This document shows, piece by piece, positions 40,262-53,989 of a stretch of 64,000 nucleotides of DNA; the stretch's first letter is position 1, and each line of letters opens with the position of its first letter. A program made the position numbers and the translations under genes. The stretch is taken from the NCBI RefSeq assembly GCF_009914755.1, contig NC_060930.1. The stretch is one strand, 5' to 3'. Under the pieces are notes generated by a model. The model was not told where the DNA came from, did not search any database, and worked only from the letters and a program-made list of their open reading frames with translations. This DNA is from the human T2T-CHM13v2.0 reference genome, Homo sapiens.

Positions 40262-41678
40262 GTGAGTCTTCGGATGTTCACCAGGTTCCTTACCTCTGCG
40301 GGTGAGGCCAAGGCAAGAAATGGAATGTTCATAGTTGGGTGAAAACAAGGACCTTAGGAACCTGGATTTCCCACTATCTGTGTCCTGTTCATGTCTGTTC
40401 CCCACACCTGAAACAGGGCACACAGGAGGTGCTTAATGCATGTTTCTTGAGTGCATGAGTTTGCAAAATACAGCTTTCATGCCCTTTCTGCATCCATTCA
40501 GAAACATGCAGACAGTGTTTAAAACTGAGAGTCATGACCTACCAAGAAGATGTTTTGGAGGTCAGTCCGTTCCTGAACCAGCTGCCTGGCCCAAGCCCTG
40601 GTCCTTGGTAGAGTTGGTGGTAATGAGCTAATTCACTCCTGAGCCACAGGGCCTTCCACACATTTCCCCAACCCCAAACCTTTCTCTGTCAAGCCAGAGA
40701 AAGACTGAGCTTTCAAACTACTGGGTGAAGGTTGGTTTATAGGCCCACGAGTAAATAAAGTTTGAGGACTAGTTAGGAGTGCTCCATAATTTTAGGAGGG
40801 AGAGTTAAGTTCAGTCTTCTCACACATGGTTTTTAATTTGCTTTGCGAGGAGGGGTTATTGGTATCAATTAGAGTTTATAAACCCATAAGGTAAAGCTGC
40901 ATGATTCACTCATCAAATTGCTGTGAATCTGCTGGGGGAGCCCTGAGTCAGGGTGGTTTCCAGAAGACCCTTTTTAAAGCATTGCAATTCTTTAAAATAT
41001 ACCAAAATTTTAGCTACAGAAGGGTTTTTGGAACAGAAAAAAAATGACCTTCTTTGTTAACATTAGAAATGGGATAGAAAGTACCCACTTTTCTATAGTT
41101 CTTGGAATTGCCCCTTCTTCTAGGAAATTAGATGATAAAGAGTCAAAAGTGGACCGTTTCTCTTTATGAGACAAGGTCACGTTAAGTCTCTGAAACAATG
41201 TCATGTATGTTGTACCATAGAACTTTATAACTGAAAAGGACCTTGTTCAACTCCTTTGTAATTGACATATGTGAACACCAAGATCCATCCAAACCAAGTG
41301 AGTTGCCCAAAGTCACAGAGCTGACAAAGCAGAGACTGGAACACAAGGCCCCCGGCCTCCAGGGCAGGCCTCTTTCTCTGTCCCATGTTGCTGGGAGCTG
41401 AAGATACAACATAGAACAAAAGAGAGACAGCCTCAGCCTCACACATCCACACCATCTACACAACACCATCAGTCCCCACTTCAATAGAAATCTGAAAATA
41501 AATACCTCAGTGTTTCCCAGATTCTCTTCTATGAAACACTGGTTCCATGACATATTGATAGACGTCATATGAAAAGGCCAATATTATGCTATATACATGT
41601 AGTAATGTTGATATGAATAATCTTTTTGGACCAATCAGATAATATTTTTGTCTTATACAATGTGGCCAGTTGTTCTAA

Positions 41679-42062
<384 letters not shown>

Positions 42063-42869
42063 TAAACACAGGCTAAGCAGAAGCAAGTACCCTTAGTTAT
42101 AAAAACTCTATCTTCATGAACCCCAGCCATTCATCTTGGCCATCATCTTGCATTCGATAGTCAACTATAAAGATGAACATTTAAGCCTAGAATGTTAAGC
42201 TAATTTGAATTGATTTCACTAGATTGTATTCATTAATCCTGTAAAAAATGTTGTTTTGATTTTAAATGAAGTGTTAGAAAAGAAGCAAAACTGCTTAAGA
42301 AAAAGAAAGTAAGTCTGTTAGAGAGTCTTTCCAAAGTGTCATTTTTAAAAAAACAATGTAGATGTGGCTAAAACATACTGGAGTGGAATTTGGTTTCTCC
42401 ATGTGAATCTGCTTAAGGCCCACAGCATCATTGCTTTTGTGATATACAAAGCATCAGTGTTAACAGAATTAAGCTTTATCATTGTGGAGCACCTTCTGTG
42501 CTATTGAAATGGTGCCCAAGTACATAGAATGATGTTTTAAGACCAGCCCAGATATAGGATCCAAGGACTCATTTTATAAAATTATGATTGGACATGCTCT
42601 GCCTCTATAAAAATATTAAAGTAGGCAGCAATTTAAGCCATCACAGAGAACATATTTTTTTAAAGAAAAAAAAACCCACTGGTTTTGAGGTCAATAGAAT
42701 CCTAAAATTGTTACATATCATTATCAAAAATATTCCTTTTTTTTCATGTCTATGGCAGAGTTGGTTCAATTGCATTAATCAGCCAGGGTCACAAAACTTT
42801 TCTAAAATACTGCAGGTACTCACCAGAACATAAGTCAGGCATCCAAGTCCATATAAGATGTCATCACCA

Positions 42870-43140
<271 letters not shown>

Positions 43141-44229
43141 ATCACAGTAATAATAAAATTATCACTGTATTAACAATTTTGCACAGGAAAAGAGACTGTC
43201 TGACTTCATCCTTTTTATAATGCTTAATCTATGTTTCATCTTCGTTTGGGATTTTGACAATTCTGTCTCCAAGCACATTGATGTCGGCCCTTTCAAAGTT
43301 TCTTTGACTTCATTATAATTAAAGCAATTGCTTTAATTCCACTTCGTCAGCATGTTTCTTCATTAGCTATCCAGAAATTCTTTGTTTTGATTTAAGTCTG
43401 GCTGAAGGAAACTTCTTAGATGGCATTAAGTACTTCATGTACAAAATATAAGTTTAAGGGCACAGAATGATGTGCCAGGAATAGGGCTTTTGATGAAACT
43501 TGACCAGCAAGTTTTCCCACTCTAGACAGAGGTGGAGAGAAAGCATCCTAGTCCCCAGCCTGGAAGACTCTGCCTTAGAGACTATAGAGTGGTATATGTG
43601 TTGGGAAGGATGCGAACAGCACTTATGTTCTCATTCTATGTTTGTCACCTGTACAACTCATCACCCACTATAGGATGCTTCCACGCCTTTGAGCTCACTT
43701 GAAGGAAATGTCTTTTCCAAGCTTACTGGTAAAAAATCAGTGGGCTTAATATGTGTATTCTCTTTGTCACCTTGGCTCCATGTCAGCAGTATAGGCCTCC
43801 TCCAAAAGACCATCTCTGCATTTACTGATGTGCAGGGCAATAGGCAATAGAAGTGGCTTCTGAGAATATTATAACTATTATAGATGTGTTGGAGTGTGTA
43901 AAAATGACTTAGTAAAGTTGAAAAGATTCAGCACCAGGACTTCTCTGCTTGCCTGGGAAAACTTAATGGATATAAAAGGCAAGGTTAGAAGGTAATAAGA
44001 TTAAGATAAAACCTAATCAAAATAGCTCCTTGTTATGAAATATCCTTCTCGCCCTTCAAAATATCCTTTTCTAACACAATACATTTATTGCATCTTTTAG
44101 TTCATTTATCAAAGATGTTAGATGCCAACAATAATTTTTTATTACACTTACTTTTACATTTATTTCAAGGAAAGGAAAATATTTTCAAGGAGCCAGGTAA
44201 TCAAACACAATCAAGTAAAAATGACACTT

Positions 44230-44420
44230 TTTATTGAGTGCCCACAGGTGTCAGGTACTTTATTATATATTATTTCATTTAATCCTCCTAACTATGCAAA
44301 GAATTTTTATTGTCATTCTTGCAGCTGAAGAAATCAAGCCTCAGAGAAGATAAGCAATATGTTTAAGGGCACACCATCACCAAATTACGTGGCCCAGATA
44401 TGAAATTTAGCCATTATTCT
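44230..44420 (-). mobile_element. MIR fragment
   Basis: 'tttattgagtgcc...atttcatttaatcctc...gcctcagagaagataag'. Confidence 0.65.
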
Positions 44421-44504
44421 TTTTGCTGTAACACTTAGTCCTTATTTTTCCATAATTGTGACTTCTACAACAAATGTAAAGACGTTTTATCATAGTAAAT
44501 TAGT

Positions 44505-44612
44505 GTAAGTGACTGCCCTAGGTTGCCCAGAATGGAGAAGTTCCCCAGATGTGGAACTTTTAGTGCTAAAACCAACAGAGTCCCAGGAAAACAAGATAGT
44601 TGGTTCCCCCTA
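44505..44612. mobile_element. MER81-like hAT-Blackjack MITE
   Basis: 'ggaacttttagtgctaaaacc...gtcccaggaaaac...gttggttcccccta'. Confidence 0.6.
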
Positions 44613-44939
44613 TTTGAGAGGCAGATGTATTCAATGGGATGGATACATTTTCAGGAACTGCACTGATAGTCTTTCAACACTCTAGAATAATATAACTCAC
44701 CATTTATTTCTTGTCCTAGTAGTAAGTCATGATTTCAAATAGCCTTCCTTTTTCCTCCCACCACCACGCATACACAAACATGTCTCCAAACATGATGTTT
44801 CTAGTACTTAAACAAAAATCGGATAAGGAAAGCCAGTTTTTGCAAAGCAATTATGACTAGGTTGATTGGAATCAAGGAGCAATCCAAAATGAGAAATGCC
44901 CAACCCAAAGAGACAGGTGCTTCAGGAAATAATTTATTC

Positions 44940-45180
44940 ACTTTTTTAAACTACCATTTAGTGAACACTTACTAAGTGTCAGATACAATGCTAAGCATTT
45001 TACATGTCATATTTTATTTTATTCTCACAGTAACCTAATTTTAATATAAGGAAACTGAAGTTCAGGAAGACTCTGTAGTTTTCCCAGTATTACACAGGTA
45101 GTAAGTGATAGAGATGTGATCAGACCCAACTCTACCAATAAATTGAAAGCTGTTCTCACTGAAAACATTTACCATAGGAT
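44940..45180 (-). mobile_element. MIR fragment
   Basis: 'aacacttactaagtgtcag...aaggaaactgaagttcagg...cacaggtagtaagtg'. Confidence 0.7.
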
Positions 45181-45829
45181 GTATTAAGACTTGTTCAGTC
45201 AGCTCAATTCATGTAGCCTTTTATTGAGAATGTATAATGCTGCAGGATTCATGCTGGAGACCACACAGAATATACAGCTGAGTGAGCCACAGTCCCTGCC
45301 CTTCAACCATGATTTGTAAGAGAACAGTTGGCTGCGGGGAAATGAGATACACAAGTTAACAAGTAACAGACAAGGAGTGGAGTATGGTGGGTGCCATAGA
45401 CAGATACCAATGCTGTGAAATTCAGAGGAGGGAGAGAACTATCGGTTTGGGTAGACACTTCATAATTTTAAACATGTCCATTTACCCAAAATTTGTAAAT
45501 CATTATCACGTATTGTGGTTTTATACATACATAAATGACAGATGTTCTAGCATAACTTTCACCATGAACATTGTGCAAAAATTGCTATCACCGTGTCAGG
45601 CATCTACTGCATTAGCTGTGCATAAACTATGTTAATATTTTATATGTTATTAATGCAATATGTTATAATTTCCAGTTAACTAGATACAAATTTTTTTTCT
45701 GCTGCTTATTTTAATAGGTAAGAAAAAACAGCTTTAGCTAAGCAAACTTCTTAACAGAGGAAATATAATTTTATAGTAAAGGGTTGATTGAATAAATCTC
45801 ATTAAAACATATTCTCCCTGGATTAAAAA

Positions 45830-45884
45830 ATATATATGTGTGTGTATATATATATACATATATATATATATGTATATATATATA
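45830..45884 (+). repeat. (TA)n/(TG)n compound microsatellite
   Basis: Direct reading. Confidence 0.9.
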
Positions 45885-47497
45885 CCATTTTTTAGCATAG
45901 AAATTTAGACCTACAAAAAATGAGAAAATGTAGATAATAATTTTTCCACCTGGAAATAACTAGATACAAATTTTAGGCACAAAATATTAGTCTTAGTACC
46001 TACACTTTTTATTATATCAAACACTTCATTATATAATATAATTGGATAAAATTATGTTCTGGTTAATTTAATTATGTTTAATTAACTAAATTTTAATGTA
46101 TGTTATATGTATAGGTACCTACTTTCAAATGACTTAAAAACTGACAAATATAATTATCAGCAAATTATAATAAATAATATTTAATCTTTTTGTTAGTGAT
46201 AACTTAGAAAATACTTGTGAACTTGTGGTTACACAAAATTGTGTTGTGATGATCAATAATTATTACTGAATTGGTGAAAACTCAAAGTACTGATGAGTAT
46301 ATTTCCTACAGTCAAAGGCTAGTTAACAGAAGAGGCCATAACAGTGTGGCGTTTGAAAAATATTGGTGAGACTATTCACTGAAACAGTGTGTCCTCTTTT
46401 TAGGACTTTTAAAAGGTAGATTGATGCTTCCCTAATTTCTATTAAAATATTTCATTATGATTTAGCTTTCTTCAATTCATTCTATAACATTAAATTTATT
46501 AACCAAGAGTTATATTATGCAGCACTTCCACACTTCACTAGTACAACAATAATTGATATTCATAATAATGACCCCATGTCATCACAAGATTCTAAAATGT
46601 CTTCTGAGTGAAGAGACTGGATCATGTTCATTATAATTTTACAATTTTAGTTATAGATACATTCTATTTTATGGGTCATTCTTCAGAGGAACTACTTAAA
46701 ATTAAAAGTTTGTCATTGTTTTATAGTTGACACATAAAAAAGATTAATCAGGTTGCCAAAGATTTCACATTCTGTCACAGCAACCTTAATTTTCCTAAAA
46801 GATCTGCCCAGGGACCTCTCACCAAGTCTGGTTTCTCATTAGGGCCTCATCAGATTCTCAGCTCATCTCCTGGGCAGTGATGCCTAACTCCCCATGAACC
46901 CAAAGAGAACTTCCAGCTCTCACAAAATCCCATTCTCAGCTCCATTCCCTTGAGGATGACTCCAGCACAATGCTGCCTTCAGGATCTCTTCCCCTCTATC
47001 TCCAATCCTTGACAGGAAAAAGAAGTTGCCTTAGAAAAAGTGGCACCATTTAGAGATAGAATCTTCCAAGGTGACCACAGATTCTTTGATGTGAAGCCAC
47101 TGATTCTTTGATGCCCAGATTCTTTGATGTGAAGCCACTACCTAAAAACACTCAGTGCTCCCCACTGAACAGTGAGAACCCAGGCTCATCGGGGAATCCA
47201 GGGCTAAGCTATCATGAGTCCTTTCCTTAGAATCATGCTGGAGTAAGCACCCTTTCCATCCTCAACTTCCACTGCCCCAGAGCTGCAGGTCAGCTGAGCT
47301 CCTGCACTGCTGACTTATGCAGGACAGAGCCAGAGACCACTTGGGTACAGAGCCCACCAGTGAGGCCACTCTAGCTGCTTATTTCTGCTCTCCTCCTTCC
47401 CTGGCTCCATACTTCCTGGAGTGGGAAGTTTGCCCAATTCTAGGAAATACCTGGGTAAAGCATTTATTTTGTTTTAAATCAACCAAAATTGAGTTTA

Positions 47498-47804
47498 TTT
47501 TTATTTATTTATTTATTTATTTGAGACAGAATGTCACGCTTCCCCCAGGCTGGAGTGAAGTGGCATGATCTCGGCTCACTGAAACCTCCACCTCCCGGGT
47601 TCTGAGGGATTCTTCTGCCTCAGCCTCCCAAGTAGCTGGGATTACAGGCACCCGCCACCACATCTGGCTAATTTTTGTAGTTTTAGTAGAGACAAGGTTT
47701 TGCCATATTGGCCAGGCTGGTCTCGAACTCCTGATGTCAGGTGATCCACCCGCCTCGGCCTCCCAAAATGCTAGGATTACAGGCGTGTGCCACCACGCCC
47801 AGCC
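47498..47804 (-). mobile_element. Alu (AluSx-like), antisense, with a (TTTA)n tail
   Basis: TSD caaaattgagttta at 47484-47497 and 47805-47818. Confidence 0.96.
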
Positions 47805-48132
47805 CAAAATTGAGTTTAAAACAAAAAGAATTTTTAATGAAAAAATATTAATGTGATAGTGAATTACATATATTTACACTCTTATGTTACTTACCTCAGG
47901 GGAGTTGAAAATTTCAACCCATAAATCCTTTCACTCTCATTTTCTAACAGTTACACATTTTGCCCATGGTCAAAGTGCAATCTTGACGGCTTCTGTTATA
48001 GCTTCCCTCCCTGAATAGCAGAGGGTGGAAATGTATACTGATTCTGTTTGTTCTATGCCATGTTCACTAAACTGCTGGAAAATGTCCTGAAACCAATATA
48101 ACTTGTGCATGTATTAGCATATATTCATAGAC

Positions 48133-48247
48133 ATTAGCCAGGTGTGGTGGCAGGTGCCTGTAATCTCAGCTACTCTGGAGGCTGAGGCAGGAGAATCCCT
48201 TAGAACTTGGGAGGTGGAGGTTGCAGTGAGCCGAGATCGTGCCACTT
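48133..48247 (+). mobile_element. Alu right-arm fragment
   Basis: attagccaggtgtggtgg...gagccgagatcgtgccact, truncated at both ends. Confidence 0.9.
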
Positions 48248-48565
48248 CATATTTGTATAAATCTGATAAGTGAAAATCTGATACCTGGACAGAAGATAGT
48301 GGGCTTTGTAGAGAGGGTGTGATCTGGAAGAGACTGATCTCTTTCTTAGAGAAGACTTCTAATTGTGTCAACATAGGCAAACTTTTTATATCAGAACGTG
48401 TCTAGAGCACAGATAAACTTTACTAAATCTCAGTTGGAAATTGCATGACTTCTATAAAAATGTCAAAATAGAATAGGCAAGGGAAGCTCAATTTGCCGAT
48501 GCCAGATTCTTGTTAAGAAAGTTTTAATGATGCTCCCTCTGTTTGTTTGTTTGGTTGGTTCCTAG

Positions 48566-48722
48566 GGGAAAATAAGCTGGTAGGGGACCTTCTGGTCTTA
48601 GGAGGAGCCACACTCTATGGTATTTCTAACGTCTGGGAAGAATACATCATCCGAACTCTGAGCCGAGTGGAATTCCTGGGAATGATTGGTCTCTTTGGAG
48701 CATTTTTCAGTGGAATTCAATT
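48566..48722 (+). CDS. SLC35F1: SLC35F1 coding exon (likely exon 5), 157 nt, phase 1->2: (G)[51 protein letters not shown](L)
   Basis: Acceptor ggttcctag|GG, donor ATT|gtgagt. Contains the DMT-type 'GDLL..GA.LY...NV.EE' motif. Confidence 0.97.
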
Positions 48723-50037
48723 GTGAGTAAAAATAACAAGAAATATAGATAGTAGAGGGACTGTCAAGACTTATTCTTACAATTTTTGTTCTTGGGATGT
48801 AAAAATCAAGGCTGGAATCCAGACACCAGCTTCCTGTACAAAGGACTTATGTAATCTGCCAACTCAATATCTTTATTAGTAAATCACCTCCAAATTAAAC
48901 AAGTTTAATATAAATTTTTACAAAACACTTAATGTTTATAAAACATTGTAAATAATTTGCAGGAAAGCATTAGAAGCATTAGGATTGATTCTCTGAAATC
49001 CATGAGTGGGTTATTACTTAGAGAAGTAGAAAAACTAAGCATAAATGCCCCAATTCAATGCATTTCCAAAAAGGAACATTCTGTCTACTAGTGACAACCA
49101 CCAATAGAAAACTTATAGTATAAAATTACCCTTTTATAAATGTGTGATTTTACTGCCCGTGGATTTGCAAGAGTGGACCATATTTCAAATTTATCTCTTA
49201 GAATTTAGCATTTCTATTTTCCTTAAAAAGGTGAAGTTATAATACAGACATTCACTAAGCATCACAAAGTCAAAAGCACCAGTTTTGCAATAATTCTACA
49301 ACTGGAACGTATAAGTCATCCCTGACTATTGCCTCAGAATTTGTTATGAGCATAAGTTTCAATCAAAGCAATTTTCCACCAGTAAAGACCAATATTTTAG
49401 CTTCATGAAAGACATGAAGAATGATAGTATAACCTCCAGTCAAATTTTACTGAATCCCTTTCTACAAACAGGTAATTCTGATTTCACCAATCTCTTTCTA
49501 CAAAGCAAGCACTTTCTAATTGCATGGGTTCAGTGTCTGAAATTATTTATGGAAGATATTTTAGCATCACCTTAAACAGGTTTTACAAATAGGCTGTTTT
49601 CAACAATCCACCAAATTTTGGTGTCTTGAGATACTGGTGAAAAACTTCACAGCAAACAAGGCACAGTCTGAGAAGGATTTATTTGGGGTCCATTTTGAAA
49701 GTGATGGCATTTTAAAGCTCCTAAATTTTGTGCTTCAGCTTTGTGAAAGGAAAAGGAATTATCTAGTTCAACTATTCATAGCCAACATTTTGTAGATAGA
49801 TGGCTTCTTTTATGGGTTATTATTCTTGAGTCCAAAAAATATGTTCAGAGATCTAGTGCTCATTTGCTTCAGTTACAGTCTATTAGAGTTGAGTGTTCCC
49901 TTTGGGGGACAATGCCACCAAAATAATGGAAGTGGCACTAGGGTGTCCTTGGCAAGTGGGATATATTGAGGGCTCACTGGAATCAAAGTAATGCTGGTGG
50001 AGTGATACCAATGCCACCTCCCCATTCTCTTCTAGAT

Positions 50038-50224
50038 GAGAGGTTCTCAAAATATGGTCCTCTGAGCAGCAGCACTGACATCACATGAGAACTTGCCAGA
50101 AATGCACATCCATGGATCTCACCGGATCTCTGAATCAGAATCCCTAGGGTTGGGACCAGGAAACAGTGTATTTTAACCCACTCTCCAGTTGGCTGTCATG
50201 TACATTTAACTTTGAGAACCATTG
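50038..50224. mobile_element. MER5A-like hAT-Charlie element
   Basis: 'ggttctcaaaatatggtcc...gaatcagaatccctaggg...tttgagaaccattg'. Confidence 0.8.
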
Positions 50225-50600
50225 CCCTAGAAAACACTCAATCAGAAAATTGATTACACCTGCAAGCACAGACATTTTCTGAACCTCACCATTTGCTTTT
50301 CAGAAAGTATCTGTCAAACAGAAACAAAGGCTGTAGGCAGACTGTTTGGGTGAGAAGAGCAGGAAGGGTTGAGCGCCCCAGGGCCCCGTGGCACACCCTC
50401 ACACACCGACCGGGTTCTTCAGGGATAAACTGCACTCTGCCTAATTAGACTTGCTTCTGCATGACCCAAAATTCTTTCTGAAATTCATCTGGTTGCTTCA
50501 TTATTTGTATACATCTGATAAGTGGGGGGGAAAAAAGAAAGAAAGAAAGTAGAGTGCATTCTAATCTTGCTCATCAGGTTCATTTCCTTTGAATTTGCAG

Positions 50601-50653
50601 AGCTATAATGGAGCATAAGGAACTGTTGAAGGTGCCCTGGGACTGGCAAATAG
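50601..50653 (+). CDS. SLC35F1: SLC35F1 short coding exon (likely exon 6), 53 nt, phase 2->1: (L)AIMEHKELLKVPWDWQI(G)
   Basis: Acceptor tttgaatttgcag|A, donor TAG|gtaagg. It exactly bridges the phases of the flanking exons. Confidence 0.94.
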
Positions 50654-52192
50654 GTAAGGAGTTGGCTCACATACGATGCTCTTTTTATAACCTGAGAAAT
50701 GTGTTTGAAGAATGATGTGGGTCGGGTGGAGCACAAACAAGGAGGGGATTTAGAGTGGTAGGGGACAAGGGAAAATGAAATCCCTTTGTCATTTCAGGAA
50801 ATCCTGCACACTCTGAGAGACTAAATTGTATTATTCATAGTGTTTCCTAATTGAGCTTCTGCCCATTTTCATTGCCAAGATGCCATTAGGGGAGACACAG
50901 AAGTGTGTTATTAGGTTAAACACCAACAGAAAAAAAAAACTGGCCTGAGGCAGTGGTAGCACATAAGTGACAGCAATTTGCCTTAGCCAAGAAACACTAA
51001 ACTGATGTAACCATTAAAAAGTGCTACTTTAGTAAAGGGAAAAAAACTGAACTTAACAAAAAGCCATGAAAGGAAACAATGTAATGGGCATTCTGAGCCC
51101 ATAAAAACCTTTCAGAAGGGAGCAGTTTGCACGAAAGAAATGGTTAATTGGTCTCCAAATGGATTTAGAAAATACCAGACACGCTTTGAGCTAGTTAATA
51201 GTCATCCAGGACTTCTCAGGTTCCACCTGTTTCTAAAACCACTTTCCTCAAAGAAATTTAGGACAAGGATTTAAGATCCTAGGACATGCTGTAATGATCA
51301 ATCTCAGCAAGCCCTAAAAGGGACTGACATTTGCTACCCTCAGAAGGTGTCTCCACAGTGAGCACAGAACGTGGCTTATGGAATTGCATGGAAAATGTGT
51401 GCAGAGTGAATGTAAGTGGCAGGGAGGGGGCTACAGACTCTTCCCCACACTGAAGCTGGCTGCTTGAGCCATCTCCCCCTTATATGACCTTTGATACAAC
51501 TTTAGCCAAATTCTGTGTCCATAAGGAAACACAATAAAAACATAAACTCCCGTGCATCACTTTACCTACCTGTCCCCATCCCCTAAGCATATGAGGCCAA
51601 CTTACTGCAGACATCATTCCCTCTGAAGGCACATTGTGAGCCACAGAACTGTGCCTGACTCTCCCTAGGGTTTCTCTCTAGTGACTTCGAGGGCTGACCA
51701 GCCTTGTGTCTCAGAGTCCTGCCATTTAATTTCTCTCCAGTTGTGCTACAGAATTATATAATTAAATGAAAATCAACAGGGCAAGGAGAGAGAGAAGAGG
51801 AGGGCAACAGGGAAAGGAAACCAGTTGCATGTTACAGAAAGCATTTGTCTTTGTGACCCACAACACCAGAAAACAAAATGTTACCTGTGCTTGACAGCAC
51901 TTCACATGCAGTGGTCCATGAGTATAAATTAATTTTATATTGATGGTAATAGTAATGATCAAAAAGAATTTGTCCTCAAACTATGTGGATGCCATGTGCA
52001 TATCCACTGAGGTTCTGTTATAATTCAGTGTTAGTTAAATGAGTCATCAAAAGATAGTTTTATTCTGAGCTCTCATATTGCCATTAAAACGTCAGTCCCC
52101 TATAGTTGAAGATGATGAAGGACAGTGTAAAAGGAACACATTACAGAGCCATCCATTTAATTTCTGATTGGAAATGAGGCCAAAATGGCCTC

Positions 52193-52409
52193 CATAGCAC
52201 AGTAGGGTGAATTTAGTTAACAATAATTTATTGTGTATTTCAAAATAGCTAGAAGAGATTTAGAATGTTCCCAACACACACAAAAAAATTAATCAATGGT
52301 TGAGGTGATGGATATCCCAAATGCCCTGACTTGATCATTACACATTGCATGCATGTATCAAACTATCACATGTACCTCATAAATATGTACAATTATTATG
52401 TATCAATAA
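52193..52409 (+). mobile_element. 5'-truncated L1MA-like element
   Basis: L1MA 3' terminus with AATAAA; perfect 11-bp TSD aaaatggcctc at 52182-52192 and 52410-52420. Confidence 0.88.
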
Positions 52410-53702
52410 AAAATGGCCTCAAAGGGGAATCAAATACTCATCTTCCTCTTTCTGAAGCATTTGTAGGGTTGCGTTTGGGATGTGTTTACACCAGGGCCTC
52501 CTTGGTCCTCATTATCTCGCCCTGACCTACTGCAAGGTTGTGTTGTTAGCTCAGTTCTAGACACATGGCATGCAGGGGATAAATGTTTACTAAGTGAGCA
52601 AATGAATGAATGGCAAGCAACAAAGATGGTCCTATTCTTTCCTCTCTCACCTCACAAAATACAGACAAAAGGGAAGAAGTGGAGACAATGGCAGGAGACT
52701 TTAAGCTTGACATTGCACTTTCTTTCTGTGGAACTGGGAGATGGCATAACAGCCACTGCAATTCATGGGTCACAGAGGCAGGGAGATATCAAGGGAAGGT
52801 CAGCACCCTCTCAAACCCACCCCACACTCCTTGAGAAGTCACCCGAGAGGCCAAGCTCTGATGACTATGTCCTGATGGAAAGCTCACATTCTTCTGTTTA
52901 GGAGACCAGAATCCAATAAGCCTTCATTTCTCAGCATCTGTCAATGAATTTCTCTGCCTCCCCACTTTCCACATTAGTAATCTAACCTCATATAATCTCT
53001 TGGACAACTCATGTGGTTGCCATTTTATCAAAGTGGAAAGATGGTTGTTGTTGTTGTTTTCCTTGGGGTTAATAAATATGTTTTCTATTTTTTCCTTTGG
53101 GATACATGTTTTCTATTTTCTTAACCCGAAGCACTTTTAAAAACAGATTTTGTTATTTTCCTACAACACTGGCCAATTGCAAAATATAGAGCAATTAAAA
53201 GCAAGAAGATAATAGTTATTGTTGTTTGTTTTTATTCCATTGTTTTACAGTACTGAACAGAAAGACTGATTGTGATTATCTAATCAGTAAACTCAAGTAA
53301 AATGTATGATCGAATACAGCTAAAAATACCCTTCTGGGGAGCAGGAATGTTAGAGTCACATTCATAAGTCTAATAAACAACTTAAACATTCCCTTTACCC
53401 CACGGGTCATACTGTCATACTGTGGGTCATACTGTGCTAAAGGATGTGTGAACAAGTGCAATCAATGTGAAAGTCAAATGTCAGAGAAAAGAAAAAGTGT
53501 GCCGGGTCAGTGAGCACAGGCTTGTGGTATGCAGGGGCCTTCTTCACTTTTGATGTTGTGGTTGATGCTTGTCTTGGTTTTGGTTTTAGTGTTTTTCCTG
53601 GAGGCCAAAACAAAAGAAAGATTTGGCCTCTCCCTGAATATGGAATAATGGGACTACAGAGCAGGAAAAGACCTAAAGGATAATTAAGAATACACCTTTC
53701 CT

Positions 53703-53989
53703 GGCCAGGTGCAGTGGCTCACACCTGTAATCCCAGCATTTTGGGAGGCTGAGGCGGGCGGATCACTTGAAGCCAGGGGTTCAAGACCAGCCTGGCCAAC
53801 ATGGTGAAACCGTGCCTCTACTAAAAATACAAAAATTACCTGGGTGTGGTGGTGCATGCCTGTAGTCCCAGCTACTCAGGAGGCTGAGGATCACTTGAAC
53901 CCAGGAGGCGGAGGTTGCAGCGAGTCGGGATCACGCAACTGCACTCCAGCCTGGAAACAGAGCAAGAGTCTGTCCCAAAAAAAAAAAAA
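53703..53989 (+). mobile_element. Alu (AluS-like) inserted in a MIR
   Basis: Dimer; TSD aatacacctttc at 53689-53700 and 53991-54002. Confidence 0.95.

Noticed and set aside
43927-43943. REST/RE1-like TTCAGCACC-A-GGACTT
   Set aside because: The spacer is 1 nt instead of 2 and the right half deviates from GGACAG, so it is at best a half-site.
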